This document shows positions 32,598 through 41,471 of a stretch of 64,000 bases of DNA, piece by piece. The DNA is taken from positions 32,001 through 96,000 of the IMG/VR virus record IMGVR_UViG_3300037722_000745. One strand, given 5' to 3'. Under the pieces are notes generated by a model that did no database searches, was not told the DNA's origin, and saw nothing but the letters and a program-made list of their open reading frames with translations. Every line of letters starts with the position of its first letter. The first letter of the stretch is position 1. Both the position numbers and the translations under genes were made by a program. The stretch comes from a virus (taxonomy: Duplodnaviria; Caudoviricetes).

Positions 32598-33586
32598 CCT
32601 GAGGGAGGTACCCGCCTCCCTCGTAATTGAAACGACGATGTCGATTTTCTGCGCCTCAGTTGCAGGCTTCCCCTGAGGGAGGTACCCGCCTCCCTCGTAA
32701 TTGAAACGACGCGGCTGAGATCTACGAGCGGATCTGTGATCCCCTGAGGGAGGTACCCGCCTCCCTCGTAATTGAAACAAACAACCCCTCGCCGACAACG
32801 TAGGACTTGCTACTGCGGTCCTGAGGGAGGTACCCGCCTCCCTCGTAATTGAAACGACGCGGCTGAGATCTACGAGCGGATCTGTGATCCCCTGAGGGAG
32901 GTACCCGCCTCCCTCGTAATTGAAACTAGTGGGCGAAGTGGAGTGCAGTCGCTGCGATGTGGTCCCTGAGGGAGGTACCCGCCTCCCTCGTAATTGAAAC
33001 TCATGACGACGTGGGGCGTATCGCCCAGCGCTTCGGCCCCCTGAGGGAGGTACCCGCCTCCCTCGTAATTGAAACAAACAACCCCTCGCCGACAACGTAG
33101 GACTTGCTACTGCGGTCCTGAGGGAGGTACCCGCCTCCCTCGTAATTGAAACGGTCTAACTGACGGCGGCATCGCGTCCGTGCTCTGGCCCTGAGGGAGG
33201 TGAAAGCCTCCCTCGTAATTGAAACCACACGATCGCGTCCAGCGGGAGATCGTACCCCCCTCCCTGAGGGAGGTGAAAGCCTCCCTCGTAATTGAAACTA
33301 ATTGAAACAGATCGTCTCGCAGCAAGTTCAGGTCGAAAGATGCTGGCCCTGAGGGAGGTGAAAGCCTCCCTCGTAATTGAAACACCGTGGCGCACGAGGT
33401 CGGGCACTGGCAGCTGCACCGGCCTGAGGGAGGTGAAAGCCTCCCTCGTAATTGAAATGTAGGGAGAGATCCGACCCATGGCCCGTGAGCCCTGAGGAAG
33501 GTGAAAGCCTCCCTCGTAATTGAAACTAGAGCTGCGTGGTGCGGGTGGAGGCGTGGCCGGCGTCCTGAGGGAGGTGAAAGCCTCCC
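32598..33586 (+). CRISPR. CRISPR array 2: 13 full repeats + 1 truncated repeat, 13 spacers (11 unique)
   Basis: Repeats CCTGAGGGAGG-TACCCG-CCTCCCTCGTAATTGAAAC (first 8: 32598, 32672, 32743, 32820, 32891, 32965, 33040, 33117), then loop TGAAAG (33190, 33263, 33348, 33423, 33491, truncated 33564). Confidence 0.97.
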
Positions 33587-33590
33587 CGGG

Positions 33591-34211
33591 TCAGAAGATC
33601 AACGCCCAAGACCCTAGGTACACCCGGTTCGATGACGTATTGCCGAACGCCAGGATGAAATCAGAACCTTGATCCGACACGGGAATGTTGAGCACTTCAC
33701 CGTTATTGATCGGGTTCGTGTTCAGCCCGTTATCGAACGAGACGATACAATCCAAATCGCTGCCGGAGCCCTCCACGTACGTGTGTTGGTACCTACCCGT
33801 TTTATCATCCGAGACTTGGAATGAGTACTCCTCCCAAACCAAAACACATACGGTAGGGGTCGAGATCAAGCTTACAGCGGCTGAAGTGGCGATCGAACCA
33901 AGACCCAAGAAACAGTGGTTCACCAAACCCGAGCTGAGTGACACCTTGAATGACTGCGCTGTGTCGAACGTAAGTACGTCCAGGCAGGGATCTGCGACGA
34001 TATTGGTGAACCCAGGGTAGGTGGCCAGCAGCCCATCGTACTTCTCAGTGAGTAACGTAGCGCGGTCTACCGGATTGCTTTGGATCGCCACACCATCTGG
34101 GATCCTGACAACCGTAGACCCCGTGGAGTCGGTTTGGCCGTTGGTCGCTGTGGCGACGTCGATGATGTCACCTGAGACCGTGTACGGGTCGATGAGGTAG
34201 TGGATGCTCAT
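33591..34211 (-). CDS. virion structural protein (tail-fibre associated)
   Basis: 206 aa, coupled to the tail-fibre gene; its stop codon abuts the truncated last CRISPR repeat. Confidence 0.6.
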   Translation of the reverse strand: MSIHYLIDPYTVSGDIIDVATATNGQTDSTGSTVVRIPDGVAIQSNPVDRATLLTEKYDGLLATYPGFTNIVADPCLDVLTFDTAQSFKVSLSSGLVNHCFLGLGSIATSAAVSLISTPTVCVLVWEEYSFQVSDDKTGRYQHTYVEGSGSDLDCIVSFDNGLNTNPINNGEVLNIPVSDQGSDFILAFGNTSSNRVYLGSWALIF

Positions 34212-34213
34212 AG

Positions 34214-37200
34214 TTACTTGACCCTGGGCCCTCTGAAGATCTGACCACCGTCACCAACAACCCAAACAGACCGATCCGCTACAATAGCGTGAGCCGGAAC
34301 CATCGCAGACACCACATGATCGACAGCGTAGTCGGGCGTGCCAAACCCCTTATACGCACCAGTGATGCCCAACATCGCAGTATCTGGATCCCCGCCAAAG
34401 ACGGATATTGTGCGATCCATCAAGAGAGGCACAGCATAGAAGAAGTCCCCTCCGGGTTCATGCCAAGTGATCCCATCCGCTGAGTACAACATCCGATTCG
34501 TCAGAGGAGTGCCAATTCCGATCACGACAAATCCGTGAAGAGGGTGGTATCGGATCCTGTCCAGATCTAAGACCGTTCCGGATGTTCGAATGGTCCATGT
34601 GACACCGGTGGGAGATGTTTGGATTTCCCCCCCGTCTCCGACAGCCACAAACAACCCTGCACCAAACGCCACATCTCGGATAGAGGTCGTCCCCGCGCTC
34701 GTCCGAGATGTCCACGTGGCCAACGCAGTGGAGGAGAAGATGGTGGATGTGTTCCCGACAGCCACAAACGTACCTGCACCGTTCGAAGCTATTCCGTTCA
34801 GATTGGCACCCCCGGTGTTTCGCTGCGTCCACGTGGCGCCAGTTGGGGACGTTTGGATCTCTCCAGACGTCCCCACCGCCGCAAACGCCGTCAAGGTTGG
34901 ATCCCACACCACAGCATTGAAATCCCCCGCATAGGCAGCGTCGGCGGTTTGAGAAGCGAAAGCGGTCTCGGGATCTAGAGCGGCGGTGATCGTTGCAGAG
35001 AGTCCAACGGCTACCAAGCTTCTATTTGCTGGGTCGTACGTGATACCGGTGAGATCATTGGCGACACCTGAAGTCACATCCCTGAGTGCGGATAGAGCGA
35101 CCACTTCAATGGCCTCACTCGGGTTCCCGTCAATGATGTTGCCGAGTCCAGTGTCTACAACTGAACCCCCGCCTTCCACATCAGCGTTGATGAACACAGA
35201 GTCATTGACCCGGTTGTAGTCACCGCTCACCTCAATCGTGAGCGCGTCTCCTGCCCCATCGCCAAGGAGAGTGGTGCCCGTTACGATCCCATAGTCCCCA
35301 GCCAGCAGTAAAGCCGCCGTGTCGCCATTGGAGTCCACACGGGTGTTCGAAATGTAAACCCGGCTCGATCCAGAGTCAGTCACAATCGCTTCGTAGGGCC
35401 CTCCCGTAGTGCGAGAGAAACGGTTGGACTCCAATACGACATCGTCAGAAGTGGTGACTTGAATCCCTGTGCCTGTACCCGCCCCACCAAGAAGAAAGTT
35501 GTTGCTTCGGGCCTCAAAGAAGTCGGCGTTCGTCAGTTCGATGAACGGAGCCGATACGTTAGGACGGCTCAACGTGCAATTCTCCACGACAGTAGCCCCG
35601 GATGCTGTCAGGACTGGCTGGCTGATACTGGCGCTCAATTCCAAGATGCAGTCAGTGACCCGACCCTTACCCAACGAATCAATCAAAGCTCCCGTCGATC
35701 CGTCGAGCATCAACACCCGTATGTTCTTTACCGTCGGGTAGGATTCCCCAGAAGCAGTCATCCGAACCAACGAGCTAGCGGAGACTGCAGAGAGATTGCA
35801 AACGACTAGGCTGCTGTCCAACACACTACGGCGGAACACGTCTACGTAGGCAGCGGTTGATTTGTAGATCACACCCCGACCGACGTAGACATTACGGCTG
35901 TAGCAGTTGTATAACTGCACTCCGGTCTCGCCAGAGAAGCTGGATGTCCCATGAGATCCTGACGAAGGACCTTCGACTTGGATCCCGTAGAAATCCACAC
36001 CCGTAGCCTTGACAATACCGCGGGCATCCAAGCCAAAGTCGGGTTCCTTGATGTTCAGGACCTGCAGGTTGCGAACAACACACATCTGCGAGTTCGGATC
36101 TTCGTCGTCAGGAGGGTTGATCAACCCTCCTCGGATTTCGACGATCATGGCCCGCGCAGATCCAGAGGTGAAGATCGTGGCCCGACCGTTTCCCGAGGCC
36201 GCCCATTGGACCTCCCCCAGGTCGATGGTCACATCGTTGAAAGTCGATGCAGTCCCCTCAAATCCACCGTAGGAATCGATCACTAGGAGACTGTCTTGAT
36301 GTTGGTTCACCACGGTGCTGGAGGGTTGAATTCTCAACCCATGAACTTCACAGGCACCATGGTCGGTCGTAACCGTAGTAAGAGCCCCACCAAAGAAGAC
36401 GACTGGTTGCCCTGTTCCAACCCCACCGGTCGTCCGTGTGTTCGATTGCCCATACTCCATGCGAACATCACGCAACACGAGAGATTGGGCTGGAAGCCCA
36501 AAAGAATTGGTCCTAGGCGTTCCCCATCCATAGAACAGCTGATTACCAGCACCCGCAGATCCATCCCCTCCTTGGAACACGACGTTACTCAACACCCCAC
36601 CCGAATTGCTGAAGCCTCCAGCCTGACCGTCGTCCGACAACACAACCCCGTCATGGATCCCCAATCCGTAGCAGTCTACCCCTGCCATAGCCGAAATCAC
36701 ACCACCGGTGCTCTCGATCCGGAAGTTCCTCAACGTGGCTCCAAGTGCTCCATTATAGGCAATCGCAGGAGCCGGGATCGATGTAGCAACGAAATTCAGA
36801 ATTGTGTTTTGCCGCCCTGTGTCTGCCACCCCTGAGACCCCGCCCGCGGGGATCACGTAGTTCGACAAAGTCAGACCATCCACAGTGTTGTGATCCCCTG
36901 AAAGATCCACTGTGACTGAGTTGTAAGCCGACAGACTGTCAACCACAACGTCTCGAATCATGTTGTAGTCGCCGGAAACGTCCAGGACCGGATCAGTCAG
37001 ACCGTTCACCGAAGTTACGATCCCGTCTTCGATGAGGTTCCTACTACCTGTGACTTCGAACTGACTGTTGTTGAAGCCTCGCACTTCGTTGTCCGTGCTC
37101 GAGATCACGAACTTAGCAGGGGAGCTGGCTGTGATGTGCTCGAACACATTACGTGTGGTGGAAACGTTGATGTCCCCTGTTACAGCAAGTGCGACTTCCC

Positions 37201-37771
37201 GAACTACACTACCACCACCCGCGGCCTGGAGGTTGTTGGAGAGCGTGAGGATCAGATTCTCAAAGCGGCTTCGCGCTCCCAGACGCAGGTTGCCCGCCAA
37301 GTTTTGGATGTTCACATCACTTCGGCGCGAACCAATCACGGTGCAGTTATCAAACACTGCAGAGTCGTCCCAGGTGTACGTTCCTGGCCTTAGGAACAAC
37401 ACTGGCTGTCGAGTCGAGAGTAGACCCGAGGCCATAGCATCGATCAAAGCACTAGCACCCGCGAAGTCAGCCACACCAGCAGGGTTAGCGTCCAAGACCC
37501 AGAAGGCCCGGGAGTTAACCGCGGCTAGAAGCTCGACTAGCCCTGTGTCGACCGACCCAGCTGTGATGGCGAGATCCGTGTCTCCAGAATGGCTTCCCTG
37601 TCCAATCGCCGTCGACTGGTGGGCGTCAATCGTGTCAGTGATGTGAGCTTCTAGAGCGGCGCCGGAGCTTCCTGACGAAGGAAACACAAGGGCTCCCGCC
37701 GGCACCGTGTTAGAGGGCAGCCTACCCGGTCCAGGTTGCACCGTAGCGACAGGATCTTTGGTGGATGGCAT
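34214..37771 (-). CDS. tail fibre / receptor-binding protein (beta-helix + BNR-type propeller)
   Basis: AHITD..DAHQSTAI fibre-base motif; long pectin-lyase-like beta-helix; C-terminal repeats VAVG..GEIQTSPTG.TWT.R. Confidence 0.7.
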   Translation of the reverse strand: MPSTKDPVATVQPGPGRLPSNTVPAGALVFPSSGSSGAALEAHITDTIDAHQSTAIGQGSHSGDTDLAITAGSVDTGLVELLAAVNSRAFWVLDANPAGVADFAGASALIDAMASGLLSTRQPVLFLRPGTYTWDDSAVFDNCTVIGSRRSDVNIQNLAGNLRLGARSRFENLILTLSNNLQAAGGGSVVREVALAVTGDINVSTTRNVFEHITASSPAKFVISSTDNEVRGFNNSQFEVTGSRNLIEDGIVTSVNGLTDPVLDVSGDYNMIRDVVVDSLSAYNSVTVDLSGDHNTVDGLTLSNYVIPAGGVSGVADTGRQNTILNFVATSIPAPAIAYNGALGATLRNFRIESTGGVISAMAGVDCYGLGIHDGVVLSDDGQAGGFSNSGGVLSNVVFQGGDGSAGAGNQLFYGWGTPRTNSFGLPAQSLVLRDVRMEYGQSNTRTTGGVGTGQPVVFFGGALTTVTTDHGACEVHGLRIQPSSTVVNQHQDSLLVIDSYGGFEGTASTFNDVTIDLGEVQWAASGNGRATIFTSGSARAMIVEIRGGLINPPDDEDPNSQMCVVRNLQVLNIKEPDFGLDARGIVKATGVDFYGIQVEGPSSGSHGTSSFSGETGVQLYNCYSRNVYVGRGVIYKSTAAYVDVFRRSVLDSSLVVCNLSAVSASSLVRMTASGESYPTVKNIRVLMLDGSTGALIDSLGKGRVTDCILELSASISQPVLTASGATVVENCTLSRPNVSAPFIELTNADFFEARSNNFLLGGAGTGTGIQVTTSDDVVLESNRFSRTTGGPYEAIVTDSGSSRVYISNTRVDSNGDTAALLLAGDYGIVTGTTLLGDGAGDALTIEVSGDYNRVNDSVFINADVEGGGSVVDTGLGNIIDGNPSEAIEVVALSALRDVTSGVANDLTGITYDPANRSLVAVGLSATITAALDPETAFASQTADAAYAGDFNAVVWDPTLTAFAAVGTSGEIQTSPTGATWTQRNTGGANLNGIASNGAGTFVAVGNTSTIFSSTALATWTSRTSAGTTSIRDVAFGAGLFVAVGDGGEIQTSPTGVTWTIRTSGTVLDLDRIRYHPLHGFVVIGIGTPLTNRMLYSADGITWHEPGGDFFYAVPLLMDRTISVFGGDPDTAMLGITGAYKGFGTPDYAVDHVVSAMVPAHAIVADRSVWVVGDGGQIFRGPRVK

Positions 37772-40353
37772 TAGCTAGCCCTCTTGCTGAGGAGATTCCC
37801 CTTAAGCCTGAACACAGCAGCTGTTGTGGTGTTGGTGTCCAAGTCTGCATCAAAAAACACACCGTTCGTCGCATCGAACAATGCGTACCGAATCAGCAAA
37901 ACCAGCACGAGTTGTCCTCGATACCCAAGTGCGCTATCCGCAGCTAGCTCCACGATCAGAGGGTAGATGTCCTTGTGCCGATCGGGGTTGCTGAGATCTT
38001 GAGCGTAGGCGTTCGGGATGTACCCTGCGGGCACTTCCTTGAAAAACGTCCTGCCCTCTACGTCGATATCCCCACCGCCGCGGTTTAGCGTCAGGGCATC
38101 AGGCTCTGCGACCATCGGCACATAGACCGGCAACCGTAGAAGTCCCGTTTGAGCATCAAAGTCCGCCACAGAAACTTCGGATCTCCCGGACAACTCACTC
38201 TCACCGGAGTACGTGGCCAAGTTGCTGGGAAAGATCCCACCCGTCTGAACATACGCTCCTTCAAAGGGGTAACCTTCGTCCTGAGACCCGGAACCAGTTG
38301 TCAACGAGTACAGGAAATCACTCGTAACCCTTGGTATCACGTCCAAGCTTGCACCCAAGAGAGCGGCCCTTGCTGTTTGGGGCGCTGCCGTGCGGAAATA
38401 GATCGTGAGTTGTTCGTCATTCTGTGGAAGGGGACGTCGGGCTGAGTAGGTGACCACGATCGTGTCGCCCGGACTGGCTGCCGCTGTGAAAGACACGATT
38501 CGACCCGTCACGTCGACACCGGACGTCGCCGTAGGCACCGCATTGACCGTCACGCTCACGAGAGATTCGATCCTCTCCGGCATGTACACAGTCGAAGTCG
38601 ACCCTACAGGGAACGCCGCCAAGGTATGCGTAAGGATGTCGACTGTCTCGTACTCGAGATGCACCTCTCGATGGGGGTAATCAAAGTCAGGAGACAAAAG
38701 CTGGTCATAGGAGACAGGGGCTCCAGCCGGAAGCTGTGCAGGGTTGTTGAGGAAGAAGCTGTTGGCCCCGTAGTCCGCAACCGGAGTGTGAGACATTCCA
38801 ACGCCCGTTGGGTATCCAACCAAGAGGGTCACGTGCAGCGGTTCGTCTGTGACCGCTGCGTCCACCGTGAGGAATAGAACCGTGAGGGAGGTGATGGGAA
38901 CCGCGCCCATCCCGGTGATCGTTTGGATATGGGGTATTGCGTCAGCAGTCACTTTCGGAGGAACGTCTACCCACCGAGCATCGAGCACATCCATGAACCG
39001 GACGTCCGCCGGAGCGTGGGAAGCCCAGTTGAAAGTGTAAACCCCTGTTCCGGGGTACACAGCCATCGCCGTGGGATCAATCACGACGGAGGACCCGGCC
39101 ATCCAACCACCTCCGGGTGCCGGAATGATCACAGTGACCGTCTCCAAGACGGATCGATCAGAGAACCTTCGTCGGACCGCATCGAATTGACCGATGAACT
39201 CGCCCGCAGTTGTATCACCGGTTGTGACCCCATCCCCGGGTAGGACTCCGATCTCATTCGCTGTAAAGACTGTCGAGCCTGAGTACCCACCACCCGTGGG
39301 GGATGTGTCCATGAACTCAGATCGCAGAGCGTTGTCGAACAAGAAGTTCACGTTGCGTTCGAGCAGCTCCCGCATGTCCCATCCAGTTGGGGACACACCG
39401 GAACGAAGATCCAGGACGTCTTCCGCTACGAGGAGATCGTAGAACAACCCGTCGGGACGATCCGAAGGGCCCGGCGTGGCTACTCCCCCATTGTGATTGA
39501 GGCGACGATCGAAAGCCGCTGTGTTACGCCGAAACACCGCCAGCAGGGGAACCGCGTACATATAGCCGTCCACAGTGCCCAAGGTGTTGGCCGGATTGCC
39601 ATCACCAGCCAACCAAAGGCCAGGATCTCCACTGGCTGATTGGTTTGCATAGGCGAACAACGTAGCGGACCCATCTGGGGCCGCAGCACTGGCGGGCACC
39701 GTGTTCGCGACCACGGTCGGGTCATCCAACGCATAGGGGTAGGTGGCAAGATCTACTCCCTGCACGACCCGCAGCCGGTATTGGATCTGCACTCTCTTTG
39801 TGGTCTCTGATCCGACGTTCGCGTCGAGGATATCATCGGCGTAGTTCAGGACCAGATCGTTAGCCGGATCCGTAGAGACGTTACCCTCTTGCCAAATACG
39901 GCCCGTAACGCTCTTGCCATCGACGTCCGGGGAAGCAGACAGAAGTTTCCTCCATACCTCCAAGAAGACGAGGTCCGTGCGCTGAACACCCTGTCCAGCG
40001 GGCGCCGCTCCCAAATCGATCTGGTTGGTGCCCGTGGCGTAGGAATGCCGAACCTTGATCAACCAACCATTGACGTGGGCCAGGATGTCGTTGGGGATTT
40101 CAATGGTGTCGACAACGGCCGATGCGCTGAAGATGGCGCCAACCGGATCTGTTTGCTGCAGGAAATCATCCGACACCCAGCCCGAGGGCGTAGAACGCCG
40201 CAGGACGGCTTGAGCCGCGCCCCCGTCCACATCCTGGAGAAGATTGTACTCTCTGTCTAGTACCGGGACCCCGGCTTTGTAGACGACCGTTTCCCAGGCC
40301 CTCCCCTCGGGCACGTTGTAACCACTGGTCCCAGGCCCAAAATTCTTTGCCAT
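37771..40353 (-). CDS. virion structural protein, paralogue of 24743..29062
   Basis: Shared motifs D.VFLEVW, ET..RVQIQYR.RVV, DPGLW.AGDG, LGTVDGY.YAVP..VFRRN. Confidence 0.75.
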   Translation of the reverse strand: MAKNFGPGTSGYNVPEGRAWETVVYKAGVPVLDREYNLLQDVDGGAAQAVLRRSTPSGWVSDDFLQQTDPVGAIFSASAVVDTIEIPNDILAHVNGWLIKVRHSYATGTNQIDLGAAPAGQGVQRTDLVFLEVWRKLLSASPDVDGKSVTGRIWQEGNVSTDPANDLVLNYADDILDANVGSETTKRVQIQYRLRVVQGVDLATYPYALDDPTVVANTVPASAAAPDGSATLFAYANQSASGDPGLWLAGDGNPANTLGTVDGYMYAVPLLAVFRRNTAAFDRRLNHNGGVATPGPSDRPDGLFYDLLVAEDVLDLRSGVSPTGWDMRELLERNVNFLFDNALRSEFMDTSPTGGGYSGSTVFTANEIGVLPGDGVTTGDTTAGEFIGQFDAVRRRFSDRSVLETVTVIIPAPGGGWMAGSSVVIDPTAMAVYPGTGVYTFNWASHAPADVRFMDVLDARWVDVPPKVTADAIPHIQTITGMGAVPITSLTVLFLTVDAAVTDEPLHVTLLVGYPTGVGMSHTPVADYGANSFFLNNPAQLPAGAPVSYDQLLSPDFDYPHREVHLEYETVDILTHTLAAFPVGSTSTVYMPERIESLVSVTVNAVPTATSGVDVTGRIVSFTAAASPGDTIVVTYSARRPLPQNDEQLTIYFRTAAPQTARAALLGASLDVIPRVTSDFLYSLTTGSGSQDEGYPFEGAYVQTGGIFPSNLATYSGESELSGRSEVSVADFDAQTGLLRLPVYVPMVAEPDALTLNRGGGDIDVEGRTFFKEVPAGYIPNAYAQDLSNPDRHKDIYPLIVELAADSALGYRGQLVLVLLIRYALFDATNGVFFDADLDTNTTTAAVFRLKGNLLSKRAS

Positions 40354-40356
40354 GGA

Positions 40357-40674
40357 TTACGCCGCTTCCTTCATTGAAGATCTGTACGAAGGAATACCGC
40401 GACTGCTTCTGATCGCCGCCACGCGCCCATATGTCAGACCTACAATTTTAGCAAGTTGGGAATCTGGCATAGTCCCCGCCAAACTCAACCAAGGGTAGGT
40501 TTTAACCTTAGTTGGTCCTTTGAAACGAGGGATACCCATTTTCTTGCGGTATACACAGACACTTGCCTTACTGATCCCAGTACGCTCGCTAACTTGGGAG
40601 TCCGGCATAGTACCGGCTAGAGCATGCCCAGCTCGAAACTCTCCTTCTTGACCGCACTTTGAGCAAGTTTTCAT
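40357..40674 (-). CDS. small protein with a CxxC knuckle and two GTMPD-type HTH repeats
   Basis: MKTCSKCG...EF, then LAGTMPDSQ....G......R...GIP twice; visibly more AT-rich than its neighbours. Confidence 0.65.
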   Translation of the reverse strand: MKTCSKCGQEGEFRAGHALAGTMPDSQVSERTGISKASVCVYRKKMGIPRFKGPTKVKTYPWLSLAGTMPDSQLAKIVGLTYGRVAAIRSSRGIPSYRSSMKEAA

Positions 40675-40693
40675 GCCTCGTCCCTCACCCCGC

Positions 40694-41344
40694 CTAGAAG
40701 CTCAATCGCCAGACAATAGTGAAGGTGGATGTAGGCGGCTTGTTCACAACAGCGAACGTGAGGTAATTCACCTGAGTGTCGAAAGCCGTCAGGTCCACCG
40801 CTGGATCGTAGGGACCGTTGGGTGGCAGCACCGGGTTCTGCACCGAGAGGTTGGTCGAGACGTTGCCACCGATGAGGCCCATCTCGACCAGGGGCCCCAC
40901 CGCCTCGGCCTCAGCAAACGTCGTAGTGAAGTCGACAACGTTCGTCGGGATAGCCGTCGGAACACCAACACCATCGATAAACTGGGTGTCGGCGAACGTC
41001 TTGCGAGCCAGCTCCGAATACAGCGAGCGCTGCGTGTTGGTCGGGGCCGGAGGGTTCATAGGATCCCAACCCACGTCTCCGGTGCCGATCGCTAGGGCGA
41101 AGATACCATGCGGAGGTTCAACACTGTTCTTCATCAACCGAGCTATCAAGATCGAAGCGTCGAGAACAACCAAGTTCCGCAGTTCGCGGTGATCCTGAAT
41201 TTCCCCAGTCTCACCGTCGCGGAGCGTCATGAAAACGTCGCCTCGGATGTTATAGCGGAAATCCTCTTCCCCTACTGTCCGCACTGCGAACGCCAAGTCT
41301 CTTTCCTTCGGTAGGTCGAACGCCTCAATCCTTTTCATCTTCAT
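40694..41344 (-). CDS. tail-fibre base / tail-collar-like baseplate protein
   Basis: NLVV...AIGTG...SELARK...FAEAEA.GPL.EMGL.GG...KP.TSTF..VWRLSF pattern seen in phage fibre-attachment proteins. Confidence 0.55.
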   Translation of the reverse strand: MKMKRIEAFDLPKERDLAFAVRTVGEEDFRYNIRGDVFMTLRDGETGEIQDHRELRNLVVLDASILIARLMKNSVEPPHGIFALAIGTGDVGWDPMNPPAPTNTQRSLYSELARKTFADTQFIDGVGVPTAIPTNVVDFTTTFAEAEAVGPLVEMGLIGGNVSTNLSVQNPVLPPNGPYDPAVDLTAFDTQVNYLTFAVVNKPPTSTFTIVWRLSF

Positions 41345-41471
41345 CTCCTCGGCAAAGGGTCCCTTGCCCTCTCAGAGCTGCCGTGTAGGGGTGTATACGG
41401 AACAAAGGAAGCTCTCCTCCTTCCAAGTGTGACCCAAACCAGGCAACCCATAAGAGAAAAACGACCACCAC

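Noticed and set aside
32478-33479. ORFs over array 2 and its leader
   Set aside because: Same artefact: periodic ITREA / FQLRG / NYEGG peptides come from the repeats.
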